From Eutreptiella sp. 'Long Island Sound 2002' (Eukaryota; Protista; Euglenida): a stretch of 64,000 nucleotides of DNA. A program made the translations under genes and the position numbers. The notes beneath the pieces were generated by a model. It saw nothing but the letters and a program-made list of their open reading frames with translations, made no database searches and had not been told where the DNA came from. The stretch is taken from assembly GCA_964036045.1 (NCBI GenBank), contig OZ038378.1, forward strand, positions 165,230,001 to 165,294,000, in the 5' to 3' direction. Of this stretch, positions 46,101 to 59,900 are shown piece by piece. The stretch's first letter is position 1. The number at the start of each line of letters is the position of its first letter.

Positions 46101-49100
46101 AGGCCCAGTTGCCCGTAGGTGTTCCGGCCCATCACGTACAGCCGCCCGCCTGCAAACCGTAGAGACGAGCCCTGGCCCTGGCCCTGGCCCCAGTCCCCAG
46201 CCTCGGACTCAGTCCCTATACCACGGCGGTGGGTGTTGTGTGCCATGCGGCCGTGTGTTGTTCGTTATCTTGTGAAAGTCAGCCCTGGGCGGGAAGGAGG
46301 AGGGGGGGGGGGTACCCTCCCCTCCACAATCCAGGACGTTTTTTAATGGAAAAAAAAAAAGCTGGAGTGTCCGGTGGTCAGCCAAACGACGGTCAGAGGG
46401 TAACCGACGGCGGTCGGAGGGTAACCGATGGCGGTCGGAGGGTAACCGACGGCGGTTGGAGGGTAACCGATGGCGGTTGGAGGGTAACCGATGGCGGTTG
46501 GAGGGTAACCGACGGCGGTTGGAGGGTAACCGACGGCGGTTGGAGGGTAACCGATGGCGGTTGGAGGGTAACCGATGGCGGTTGGAGGGTAACCGACGGC
46601 GGTTGGAGGGTAACCGACGGCGGTTGGAGGGTAACCGACGGCGGTTGGAGCACGTTTCTGAACTAAAAAAAAAGTCTTGTCCACTAAAAAATGACCTGCC
46701 ACAATCCCTCTTCCCCCTCTCCTCTCCTCCAACGCCTCCCTGTCCGCGGCCTTTCTCTGCATGTTCAGTCTCTGGACGGGGGTGAAGGGGTGGAGGGCAC
46801 ACCCCGGCACCGGGTTCGGCGGCACCTTCGGCCGGCCGAATCGCTGGCTCATTCCCACACAAGGGGCAGGTCGAAGGTGCCGCCGAGCCCCATTCCCTGG
46901 GCAGGCGGTCTCTGTGGACGCGGTCTGCCAGTCCAAGCCCCGGTCCCGGCCGCAGTCCCTGCCCCCCCCCCGCAGCCTCTGTCCCAGCCCCAGCCCCAAG
47001 CCCCGTCCCAGAGCCAGTCCCTGCCCCAGGGGTCTATCAGCGCTAACACGCCTCATGGCCTCACTTCAACAACAATCGCGACGGGGTACACAACACCCAC
47101 GGCCGCACGGCACACAACAGAACAGCGCCATGAACTCGTCCGCTACGCTTCCGCAGACAATCAGGGCTGGTCCCCTGACGGCGGTGAAGTGGTCCACTGG
47201 CGGATGGCGTTGATTGGTAATTGCTCCAAAGGGGGGGTTCGTATGAGCCCCTTTTTCAAGCCCCACCCCCAGGGGGGGGGGGGGGCTCTTTTGTCAGGCT
47301 ATTACGAGGGCAGACGCTAGGCATGGGACCGACATGGGGACCAAAAACCAAAACAAATGAAAATGACTTTTTTGGAATCAGCGCGTCGAGAGGGGTCAGA
47401 AAAGTGGTCATTTGCCCCTTTTTGATGAAGAAAAAATTGCAAACTATTTTTGCCCAAAAACGGCCAAAATCAAGGCCGCTGACAGAAGAGCCCCTTTTCC
47501 AAGCCTCCCCCCCCCCCCGCCGGGGGTCATGGGGGCTCATACGACCCCTCCCCCCCTTTGGGGCAATCTTCCACCCGCCCAGCGGTCGGCGGTTAACCGA
47601 CGACGGTTGGCCGTCAACCGCCGGCGGTTGGCCAATGGCCGCGGGGCTGGGGGGGCTGCCCTTGAGGGGCTGTCTTGAGTAAAAAGCACAACACAGCGGG
47701 TGTTTAAGGACAGCCCTGTGCCAGCCCCGTTGGGGGCCGGACAGATCTCCGCTCCACAGACTCGGTGCATCGATGATCCATCACAGGCTGCACCATCGGC
47801 CATGAGCATCGACGTTTTCACAGCAAAACAAAAGCGGCCAATACGACATCACACCGCAGGGCAACACCGACACTGAGGGGGGGGGGGGGGGGTGAGACCT
47901 AATTAAAAAACAGACAAATGCAAACCAGAGGTAATGCACTCCACAGAAAGGCATAAGTGCATCTTTATTCTCTATGCCAAACCTGGTTGAACCTCAAGAC
48001 ACACACTGTGTCTGAAACAGAAAACAGAACATCATGTCTGACCAATTTAGTCAGACAATCACACTCAGTAGCTGTCAGCCAGACATCAGCAATCAGTGTC
48101 GGATAAAGAAACCATGCATTACCGGCATGGCCGAAGGGCTGAGGGGGGGGGGGAGGCTTGGGTCCGGGGGATTCAGGTCTTCAGGCTGCCTCCGGAGGAC
48201 AGCCTGAATCCCCATCCGAGGCCCAAAGCAGCTAGTCCACGGCAGCCGGCAGTCCAGGGCGGCAGGGGACACCGGCCGGAGCAAAACAGAGAGCGGCCCC
48301 CACAAGAACTTTTGATCTGACGGACGCGCCAGACGAACGCCCCCCAATCACGTCAGGGGGGGGGGGGGTGCTGCTTTTTGGGGAACGGTGGTGCATGTCC
48401 GTGTTCTCGCTGTGCTCCACTCAACGATTGCTGGTGCAACATCCCTGAACTCCGGCCGCCGCTCATCATCCTGCCCCCCGCATCCCGCGGTCCAAATAGT
48501 CTGGATCGGATGGAGCCGGAGGATCTGGTCGAGGGGCCGTCGAGGGCCCAGGCAGTGCATTTCATATGGCGTGGCCGGCCGATGTGCAGTGTGATCGGGG
48601 ACGCCATCGAGCACCCCCCCGGCGGCCTGGGAGCCTTAAGATCGGCCCCCAAATCCAAACCCAAATCCCCTCCCCCTCCCTCCCCCTCCCGCCCTGCGCC
48701 TCCCCCCCCAGACACGCTCCCTCGCCCCCCTCCCCCCCACGCCGAGGGTCCACTCCTCCAAGCGTCCAAGATCCGCCGTAATGCAACAGCTTCAGCTCTC
48801 AAACCGCTCGGCTTCGTCACTCATGCAGTTGAAACATGGAATCCCCCGCACACCTGCGCAGAAGGCACTGTGCTCCGCGCCCGTCATCACATGGGTCACG
48901 GCGTCCCCCCGCGGAGATTCCACAGGATGCGGTGTGTTTGGGCGGGCCGGGCTGGTGCCGAGTTGGCCGTAGTGGTTCAGGCCCATGGCATAAAGCTGAC
49001 CTCCTGCAAAGGAAAGGCAATACGCAGACAAGGCACAGGGAGGGCGTCGCATACAAAGGCATGTGCCCTCTGCGCACACAGAGAGCAAATGGGAAGCACA

Positions 49101-49428
49101 ACAGAGCCATGAAAGAAATGACTCCCAAAAATGATGTACTGAAGGCACCGCGTGGGGCACAGAGGGAGGACAGATGTCCGGCGCGCGGACATCATGAGTA
49201 GTCTGCAGTGCACAGCAGTTGGCCCATTGACCATTGCCGATCACAAATCCCCTGCACCCCCTCAGCACAGGTACGGGGCGGAGGGGGGCAGGGCGGGTGA
49301 CGCGCTGAAAATTTTGCCCGGCGCGCGCCCGGCGCGGCGACGCACCCCCGGTGGTGACCATCTCTTGCTTTGTACTCTTCTTGCACTGACACGCACACGT
49401 GCAGTCGTAAGGGCTGCTTCGGTGACAT

Positions 49429-49480
<52 letters not shown>

Positions 49481-50896
49481 GTGTGTTTGGGGGGCTCCGG
49501 GTTCAGGACAACCAAGAGAACAAGACCTTTCATTCTTCTTGTCCGCTGCAGAACGCAGGGTGCCACTGCTGGTGGTGGTGGGCCACTGCTGAATATCTTG
49601 TGTTGTGTTTTGTTGCCTCTCGCTTTTGTGTGACCGCCTTTGGATCCCTCGGAAGGGACCATATATATATATATATATATTACTACACCCCTCTCCCCTT
49701 AAATTTAGCTAACAAGCAACAAGCAAGCAACAACAACACGTCTCCGTGCCGTTTTGGCCATTGCTCCGTCCCAACGCTTCGGATCTTGTCCCTATGTAGC
49801 CATCTTGGAGCCTAGGTGGTGGCCTTGCCAAATCCAAGTTTTGAGCCAAAAACTCACCGCTGGCGGCCCGGGGCGGTGGCGCCAAGTCGGGAGGTGCCCT
49901 CCCAAATCTGCGCAATTTTGGGCCAAAAACAGCCATTTTTCGCCCAAAACAGCCCTAGTAAGGGTTCAAAACAGCCAAACGAAGGCAAACGGCTGCTACA
50001 CTTCACGTGCGGCTTGACTTTCTCGTGACCAAGGGACCTTTGGTGCCCTCTAACTCCACGATATGTCCGAGAAACGGCCCAAAAAGGCGCCAAAAAGCCC
50101 CAAAAACTGCGCAATGTGCACCAGCACCCCGAAACCAAGCACGGGCTGTATCTTGGGCTGCGTGGCTCAAAAACGAATTCCGAGGGCACCTAGTCCACCC
50201 GCAACCCCCCACTTTTTATGGTTTCCAAGCCTCAGAATCGCCCAACGAGACACGTAGACCCCTGCACCAGTGGTCACTTGGTGCAGCCGGAGGGCCGGCC
50301 AGCACACATACATTGGGGGCCAACGGTGGGTCCACCAGGGTCCCCGGGGCGAAAAAAATGCTTTTTTCCAAAGTTGTTCCTAGACCACTTGGGATGCTCA
50401 AACAAGTGTTTTTAGGCCGTTTTGAGCCCGTGGTGGCGCGTTTTGGGCCATGGAAAATCCCAAAATGCCTTGAAAATGGACCGTTTTGGGACCAAAAAGG
50501 CGTCAAAAATGGGTCAAAAACGCGTCTTTCCAAAAATGATCCTGGACCATTTATGATGCTCAAACAAGTGGTTTTAGCCCATTTTGAGCCCGTGGCGACG
50601 GGTTTTGGCTCATGGAAAATCCCAAAATGCCGTGAAAATGGGCCATTTTGGGACCAAAAATGGGTCAAAAATGGGTCAAAAACGCGTTTTTCCAAAAGTG
50701 ATCCCGGACCATTTGGGATGCTCAAACAAGTGTTTTTAGCCCATTTTGAGCCGGTTTTGACCGAGATTAGCCCCTTCCACCACATGTATGCACCAAGTTG
50801 TGCCCTTCGCACATACCTTAGAGCCGTATGGTGGAGCCACCTAGAGTTGGGAGAGGGGTGTAGATTGGAGGATATATATATATATATATATATGTG

Positions 50897-50950
<54 letters not shown>

Positions 50951-53900
50951 AAGTGGGGAACGCCCCCCCCCCCCCACCCGGCCCCACCCGCCGGGCTTTG
51001 GTTGGGGTCAAGGACCCACTTATGCCATATATTACTACACCCCTCTCCCCTTAAATCTAGCTAACAAGCAACAAGCAACAACAAGCAAGCAACAGGCAAG
51101 CACTTCTCCTTTCCGTTTTGGCCATTGCTCCGCCTCATCGCTCCGCGCTCTACTCTACTCTAGCCATCCTAGAGCCTAGGTGGTGGCCTTGCCAAATCCA
51201 AGTTTTGAGCCAGAAACTCACCGGTGGCGCCCCAGGGCGGGGGCGCCAAGTTTGGAGGTGCCCTCCCAAAAGTGCGCAGTTTTGGGCCAAAAACAGCCTT
51301 TTTTGGCCCGAAACGGCCCCCAAACCCAGTCAAAACGGCCAAACGAAGCGAAACGGTGGCTACTCTCCACGTGCGGCTTGACTTCACCGTGTCAAAGAGC
51401 CCTCTAGTGCCCTTCAACTCCACGATATGTCCGAGAAACGGCCCAAAAAGGCGCCAAAAAGCCCCAAAACTGCGCAATGTGCACCGACACCCCGAAACCA
51501 AGCACGGGCTGTATCTTGGGCTACGTGGCTCAAAATCCGATTCCGAGGGCACCTAGCCCACCCGCAACCCCCCACTTTTTGTGGTTTCCACCCCTCGTAA
51601 TCGCCCAAACAGACGCCTAGACCCCCGTACCAGTGGTCACTTCGTGTAGCCGGAGGGCAGCACAGCCCGCGCAGGCGGGGGCCAACGGTGGGTCCACCAG
51701 GGTCCCCGGGGCGAAAAAAATGATTTTTTTCAAAGTTGTTCCTAGACCACTTGGGATGCTCAAACAAGTGTTTGTTGGCCGTTTTGAGCCCGTGGGGCCG
51801 CGTTTTGGGCCATGGAAAGTCCCAAAATGCCTTGAAAATGGGCCGTTTCAAGACCAAAAATGGGTCGAAAATGGGTCAAAAACGCGTTATTCCAAAAGGG
51901 ATCCCGGACCATTTGGGATGCTCAAACAAGTGTTTTTAGCCCATTTTGAGCTCGTTTTGACCGTGTTTAGCCCCTTCCACCACATGTATGCACCATTTTA
52001 TGCCCTTCGCACGTACGTTAGAGCCGTATGGTGGAGCCACCTAGAGTTGGGGAGAGGGGTGTAGATTGGAGGATATATATATATATATATATATATGAAC
52101 CATATATGAACCAGTAGACTATTGCATGTCCGATACCAATTTTGTTGTGTCGGTGTCCCTTTTGGTGCAGCAAAGTTGGCAGCTGCGCTTGTAACTCCCA
52201 AAGTTGCCCCCCCCAAAAAAAACGAGGCACCCACCGGAGCACAACAACAGGTGTATTACATGCCTGCCAGCCCCTCACACACCTGCTATGAACATGCTGT
52301 GGTAATCTCCCAAGGCCACGGCCGTAATGGGCTTCCCATTCGGCGCCGACAGCCGTTGCGGTGTGGTGCAGCGGTAAGGCCTGCCGTCGTCAGATCCAAG
52401 TCCGAGTTGCCCATGCAGATTGGATCCCATCACAAACCAGTCAACGCCTGCGTCCAGTGGGCAGGCAGACAATGCCACTGAACCGATCCTGGCCCAAGCC
52501 CACCTCCGCTATTGAGTCCGACTGTTCCATTGACTCCGTGCAGCTGTCTCACAACCCCACGTACCATGCCCACCCCGAACCAACACTGCAGCTGTGCGCT
52601 ACTTTTAGACCATATACACTTCTAAAAAAAAACCTCCACACCGTCACCCCTGAAATAGGGAAGAGATGTTTTGAGAGTGTGTGTAGGGGGGTCGATAGAG
52701 CCCCCCGCCCGGAGTCCCTCCCCAAAAGGGGCTCAATTGATGGGGCCCCAAACATCCAACCAGGACCAACCCCCCGGGCCCGGGAGGTGGCCAGGACCCA
52801 AAATTCAGGAAAAATGAAAATGCCATGTTTGGAATCAGCATGTCGACGGGGCTCAGAAAAATCATCATGTGCCTTGTACTTAGCGAAAAAAGAAATATTG
52901 ACCATGCCCCCCAGCCCCCCCGAATTTTTTTTTTGCGGGACTCCATAATGACTGATCAATGGCCCTGTCAATTGAGCCCTTTTCCCAGACCCGCCCCCCA
53001 ATTTTCGGAGGCTCTATGGACCCCCACACGTAAATTGATACCCCGAATGTGCTCACACACACGCCTCCAAGAGGAGAGTTCCCTGCGGATAGCTGAAGGC
53101 CAGAAGGCACTTCATCACGCCGCATGCACAAAGCCGAGAGAAGGGGTTTCAGAGGCCATCCTGACACGCCACCGCGTCCACGCACGCCCCCCCCCCCCAC
53201 CCGAACACGCAACGTACAACAAAAGCAGGCCCATTCCGTAATAAAACACAGTAGGCAGTTGCGGCACTCGTCGCTCATGCACACCGGCTTGGAATGCGCT
53301 GTGGTGCGCCCCCAGCACAGCGGTAGTGATGCGTTGATTGTTGGGGGACGGCAGGAGCTGCGGGGACACTTTGGCGGAGGTGTAGCCGAGGCCAAGCTGG
53401 CCTTCTGAATTGGCGCCGAACACGTAGAGATACGCACCTGGAGGGGCACAGTGGAGGGGGCGAGGGGGGGGGGGGGGGGGCATCACGTTCTCACCAGATG
53501 GGCCTGAGGGTAGAAAGGACTACTGGAGAACAGGAACTGGAATCAGAAAAATGAAACTGACCTGAAGGAAGCACAGACGCTGTGGGGCCTAACGCCCCGT
53601 CTGTGAAAGGGGGGGACTAGGCCTGCCCTGACCAGCGCCCCATCACAGGTGTCAACACGGAGGCCCAAATGGCCTGGACCCTCCGCCTGGCAGACTGGCA
53701 GGGGGTGTTCGGCCATGTCTCAGCTGCTGTTGTCTATACCAAAACGCCCGCAGATACACTTGAGGGGGCCACCGCGGAGGATGACCGTCATTGGCTTTCA
53801 GCTGCGGATGCGGGGACTTGGAGGCCGGAACCGTTGTAAGAGCAAACGGTGTTTGAAGCCACAAGGTCCGGCACGCCTATCGCCTCCACGAGGGTGGCGG

Positions 53901-56900
53901 GTGCTGCCGTTGGTGACAGGGCAGTGCCCTCACGGCCTTGACCCTACGGAAATGATCTGCACCACAACTCCAGAACTGTAATATGGTGCCGGCCAGTGTA
54001 TGAACCGACAACGTCAAGCAATGCAGCACCCTCTGGGGGAAACAAACGCACCGCGCGCTCGTTTTTTGTTCGTGTTTCACGCACCTTTGGCAGATTTTCA
54101 GGGTGGCAGGGACGCGGTGGCCTAAGGGGTCAGCATACAACAACGCAAATTTTCGATCCCGCTGCCCTCCCAGAAGCTCTACTTATGCTTGTGGGAGAGT
54201 GGTGTTTACAGCCCGCAGTGACTAAATGAAACAATGGTGCCTTCATAAAACAACGCGCACCAAACCGTGCGCACCGCGCGCGCACCACGCATAGCACCGC
54301 GCGCACCGCGCGTTCGTTTCCCTCTCTGCCTGTGCAATCAGCGCTACGCTCGGTGGTGGGTGATGGCCCACACGCCCAGCCCCTGAGAGGCCTCACACTG
54401 TACCTGAGACGGATCGAGGATGGGACCGGTCATTGAAACGACAAGGTTGGGCACAGGAACACCATCCGCTGGGCTACAAGAGGATGGGAGGGCCGGCCCG
54501 ACCAGGGCAACAACAAACACAAACAAACAACAAACAACAAACAAAGGATCCACATCAATACCCTGCGTGGGCACAAGCGCGGCGGTGCGTGAGGACTGAG
54601 GATGCCCCGGAGGCTGCCCCAAAGGATGCTGCTGAGGTTGCTGCCTCTAAAGATACCGCCGAGGAGGCCGCTCATGGCCCCTGGCAACCCCCCTGTTCGG
54701 GTGGGGGAATAAAAATTTTGCCGGGGGAGGGGGGTCGTTCATGCCCCTTTTCTACACCCTGGCATGGGTCCCGTGACAGGAGCCCCAATTAGGCCACGAA
54801 GGGCGCGGTGGCCCGTTTTGGCCCTCCGAAAAGCCCAAAATGCCTTGGAAATGGGCCATTTTGTGACCAAAAACAGGTCAAAAATGGGTCAAAAATGCGT
54901 TTTCCCAAAAATGATGTTGGACCATTTGGGGCGCACAAACAAGTGAAATGAGCCCCATTTGAGTCCGCTTTGCGCCATTTTGGCCCGGGGGGTCTGGGTA
55001 CAATATATACCCCTCAAAATGATCCCCATGGCACGTCGATCATTGGGTATATACCATGGGGTAAGTGTTTTTGAAAAGAGTGTATGTATGGCTTGCGCAT
55101 CTTCCTTGTATCCGGTGGGAAGATGTACGTCGGCCAACGCCTTTTGGCGAGTACCTTCCAATACATTCGATCTCAGCATCCAAACGACATGCGACAGACG
55201 TGCTCTCAATATCTAACAAAGAGTGGAAACACACGAAACCGTGACTTACTCTTTGAGGGCTTAGTGTTTGGGCTACTTCATGGCCCCATCTCCAAGCCAT
55301 CACCGTCCTCAGACTGCATTTCATCTAGGCTGACGCCCCCCGGGCGTAAAGGGGCGTGTGCTGAGGCAATGCTCGACAGAACGTCGAAGGTTTTTGTAGG
55401 GCAGGGGGTGGGGGGGAAGGAGCTGCACTTTATGGGGGTGGGGGGGGTGACGCGAAAAAGTGGGCGGACTTGATTGAGTTTGTGGAGGAAATCCTCCGTC
55501 GCTGTGGATGGCCAATGTTGTGCGACAGCAGCATATGTACATCGGGTCTCAGTCCTCTTCTGTGCCCACAGGACTCGCGGCCAGACATGTTGGAGTGCCG
55601 CTGTTGCCGTATGTCAGCTCGTGTCTCCTGACGCGGGCCTGTGGGTAAACGTATGAGCTTATCACACCACCCTTATGTTAATGGGGAGGAGGAGCGGGCG
55701 TTCAAAGGGTGGGGGGATCCCTCCCGCTCCCCCTACCGGTTTTGAGTTTTGGCGCCGAAGGTGCGGAAGAACGATTTTGGCGGGGGTCGGCCCAAGCAAA
55801 ACTTTCCCAATCCCTTAAGAGTGGGCGAGGGGGGTCAAGGGGGGGTCGAGGCGGGAGGGGGGCACACACCCACCCACCCACCCACCCACGGGTGCTGCGT
55901 TGTCAAGTGGAGCTCTGTGGGCAAGGCCCAGTGGGCAACTGCACACCTGCTGGCGCATAAAAGCCAGTTCCAGGGAGTGTGCGTATTCGGGGGGGGGCAG
56001 CGGGCGCAGCAAACGGACAGCCTGAGTACCGGTGAATGGGGGTGGGCTGCTCAAGCAACAGGTGTTTGGAGCCGGGGGACACGGTGAGCCCCACGATACG
56101 GTGCGCACTGCCTGAGCACTGGACAGTACCCTCACAGTGAGCGCTCACACACCTGCCAGAACTGCACCGTGGGCATGTCCCAAGACCACCGCCGTGACAG
56201 GCTGGGCGATGTGCACCATCAGCGGCTGCGGCGATGTGCGGTTGGGGCCATAGCCCATGAGGTAACAGTGCCCATGGTCTCCTGTGGATGTGGAGTAGGG
56301 CCTCCCAACCTCCAGTAAAGTGCCCACCCAAAGGGACACTAGCACTATTTTGCGGCACGGCTACGCCTTACAAATGGAACTGCTGGAGCAGTGCCGCAAG
56401 CACCACCTGCAGTTGCGCCAGCAAGCACCACCTCAGCCCCCCCCCTCCCTCCCCGTGCACCCCCTCCGATCGAGAAACAGCCAAACTCCCAAGCCCTGAG
56501 GGACGCCCAAAATTGAAAACTTCGAAAGTGGCGGAACTCGCAACCGAGATCTACCCCAATATACACACCTAGGGCTGTCCTTAATATTCAAACAGAAAAC
56601 TGCCAGACTCTGGTACGCCCGGACCTCCACAGAACACCGGTCGACCAGTAACTGCTGTCGGTTGCTGGCCAACCCTCATCGGTTGACCATCAACGGCCGT
56701 CGGTTGCCCGCCAACTACCATCGGTTAAGCACCAACCACCGTCGGTTACGCACAGTCCTGCCACTCAAAACCTCAGGCTGGCCTTCGTCCCTCAGGCCCA
56801 GAGACTTCGGAGAGACTCTGGCCCGAGTCAAGAGCCAAGAGACAGTCTCCCCCGATTCGGTGGCACCAATCAACCCCCCAATCCCCCTGCATGGCACCGT

Positions 56901-59900
56901 CTCCGCGGACGGCCTCCCGGACGAACTTCCGGCATGTTTTCGCACGCTCTTAGCCTCGGTCCCTTGCTTTGTCGTGCCCATCCCCCTGGTACCCCCCTTG
57001 CCCTGCCCTCCTGCCCGCTGTACGGAAGCCCAAAACGGGTTCTCGGACTTTCAACTGCAGGGAGGGGGGAGGGGGAGGTTGGAGCCCCGTGGCGGCCCGC
57101 GCCCTAAAATCCCCCACCGAGACCGCCCCGGACGTCAGTCTGTCCCCAGAAAGCAGAAAAAATGGAAAATGGTGTTTTCGGAATCAGTCCGGGGGTGGGG
57201 GCAGTTGCGGAAAAGGAGGACGCGGCTGGGCCGCAGGTTCGGCCCAAGGCAAAGGAAGAAGGGGGGGGGGGAGGGGGGGGGGGTCCCATGCATCCCTGCC
57301 CAGCCCTCCCCATCAGCGGGCTGGGATGGGAACCCTCCCCCACCCGGCCCCCCGTCCTGGCCCGAGGCAAAGCAGATCCACACCTGAGTGGCTGAACTCG
57401 AGGGACTGGGAACCATCTGCACAAAAAGCACATCAACGCAGGGGCACAGGTCTCTGCACAGCGCCTTCACGACTGCTCAACCGCATGCACACGCGAAACG
57501 AGGGCCATGGGGCATCGCTGGGTCTTAGGCAAGCCCCCCCGTCCTTCATGCCTGGTCAACAATATGCAGGTCACCACTCTGAGTGACCCTCTAAACTTCA
57601 ACCCAAGGGCCACTTCGATCGCCTTCTACTTTCCGCCCCCTATCCCCCGCCTGCAATTAGGATTCGCCTGCATGGCACACACAAAGCACACACGGTGAGT
57701 AGCAGCCCCTTCCTTCACGTACCTGTGTCTTCAGGGCTTGGGGATGCATCGGGGACGGTGCTGTTCAAATCTGCATAACAGTACGTACGTGAGTGCAATG
57801 GACCCCCTGTCCCTTGGCCTGGCCACATCACCGCAGCCCCCGTCGCTCATCAACAAAGAAGGAGGAGCAGACATGGCATCAGTACCGGTCGACACACAGA
57901 AGGCGCATACCCCAGAGTCGAGGCTCGGCAATGGCTGCATCCGACGTGTAATTGGCCCCTGTTACTGCCACGAACCGGACCCGCGTGGCCGTCCACCCAA
58001 AGACTACGTTGTGCTCCAGCCACGGCGCGTCCTCGGAGCCCTGCTGCGGCCCCTTCCTCAGCCACAGGCCGTGCCACGCCCCCCCTGGTACGGCCTGTGC
58101 CTCCAGCGCCAGGGACCCCATGCCCGGGCCGTGCATGTGATACTGGAAAGCGATCCCCCGGTACTGTCCCTGTTGCGTGTGATGGTGGATGCGTGTGTGT
58201 GATGGTTGGATGGGTGTGTGTGGTGGTTGGATGGGTGTGTGTGGTGGTTGGATGGGTGTGTGTGGTGGTTGGATGGACCAGGACTGTGGCGACGGGCCCC
58301 ACCCCTCGACGCAGCCGTGCCCCGTCTGCAACCTCCCGGGCGACATGGTCATGGGCTCCACATGTGGGCACCTACGCTGTGCAGACTGCGCCCACAAGGG
58401 GATGACTCGGCCCCTCCTCCGCGTCTGTGTTCCATGTCGACCACTGGGATGGTTCAGGTTGCCTGGTCCAAACCTGCCTGCATGTGGTGCAAGTTGCCCT
58501 GCAAGGTGCTGTGGAACTGGGCACCCTCGGACTCGACCCCGACTGTGCCCAGGCTTTGGTGGGAGGCTGGCTCCTCGCCCACCTAGCTTCCTGCCCGGGC
58601 GCTGGCCAGGCTAGCTGCCCCCCCCGCTAGCCCCCCCACAACCACAACCACCCCGTATGGTGACGTGTGAGCTGTCACGTGTGTTGTTGTTTGAGAGGAC
58701 GTCAGCACAACACGCAGCACATGCAGTTCACAAGAGAGGAAGAAAAGCTTGCCAAGAGCCGCGAACGGCCCTAGGCGCCTTTCGCAAAAAGGTCAGTTGA
58801 AACGGAGTGCATAGTGACCTGATTGCGGGGGAGAGAGGGCAACATCACTTTGTCATCACATGCAACAAAAAGGGCAGGAGGGGAACATGAAAGGGAAGGG
58901 GACAGCAAACGTGGCACAGGCCGGGAACGCCGGCAACAAACAAACCGGACTGCCAAGACCGCCGCATGATATGTCATTGCAGGGGGCTCTTCAACCATAA
59001 AAAACAGGCACCCCCCCCCCTCCCCCCCACTGTGCCTCCCTCCAGACCGGGGCAGGGGCAAAGCCCAGGCGTGACTGCCAGGACGGGTGTGTGGTGCTGA
59101 GCAGACCAAACCTGCACTGCTGTGGGACCCCCACCGTCCACCGGGTAAAGTAGCCCCTCACACCGACCCTCACACAGCAGTGGTGGCACTCAGATAAAAG
59201 CAGGGGCCCAGGTAGCGAGAGGAGGGCCCCGCCTCCGCAACACCCTGTGGTGGCCCCCCCACCCGCCTCCTGTGGAACGGGACTAGTGCACCTCCCCAAG
59301 TGCGAAGGCTCCACTTATGACAGGGGGGATTCCGGTACCTTGGGAGGTGGACGTAGGGTGGCTGCCACCCACCGCACCCCACCGCTCTCCGCCAGCCCAC
59401 CTGGACTTCGCAAAGTCCCTCTTCTTTCCTTTCTCCCCCATGACTGCAGGTCTGGTCTCCATACTGCGAACCCACTAATTGGTCCAACCCCCCCCCCCAC
59501 TCCTGCCCTATCCTTTGTCCTGTTGTCATGCAGCCCTATCATATCCTGACTGGTGCCTGTACCCGTGCCCTCCTCCCGGCTCAACTCAGGCCGCCCACTT
59601 CTGCGTCGCTTCGATGCCCCGCCCCCGGTAAAACGGGGGCCCCTCCGCCCTTGGAAATGGTAGTACCAGGACTTGCCTTTCGGACGGGAGTCCCTGACAG
59701 GGGTAGTGGCGGTTGCGGGTGGTTTCCCATTGGCACTCGTGGCACTCCTGTGGTGCCAGATGTGTGTGTGTGGTGCCAGATGTGTGTGTGTGGTGGTGCA
59801 TGGGTGTGTGTGGTGGTTGGATGGGTGTGTGTGGTGGTGGATTTGTGTGTGCGGTGGCAGATGGGTGTGTGTGGTGGTTGGATGGGTGTGTGTGGTGGTG

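Noticed and set aside
50007-52064. Long ORFs (390, 253, 147 and 143 aa) in the family-C elements
   Set aside because: They arise from internal repeats and (TA)n and contain no transposase motifs.
55075-55200. GIY-YIG-like fragment (MYGLRI...KMYVGQ)
   Set aside because: The downstream Arg and Glu motifs are absent and no Penelope-type RT is nearby.
57880-58200. Plus-strand ORF resembling a decayed RNase H
   Set aside because: It is the antisense shadow of the MAM exon 58169-57911.
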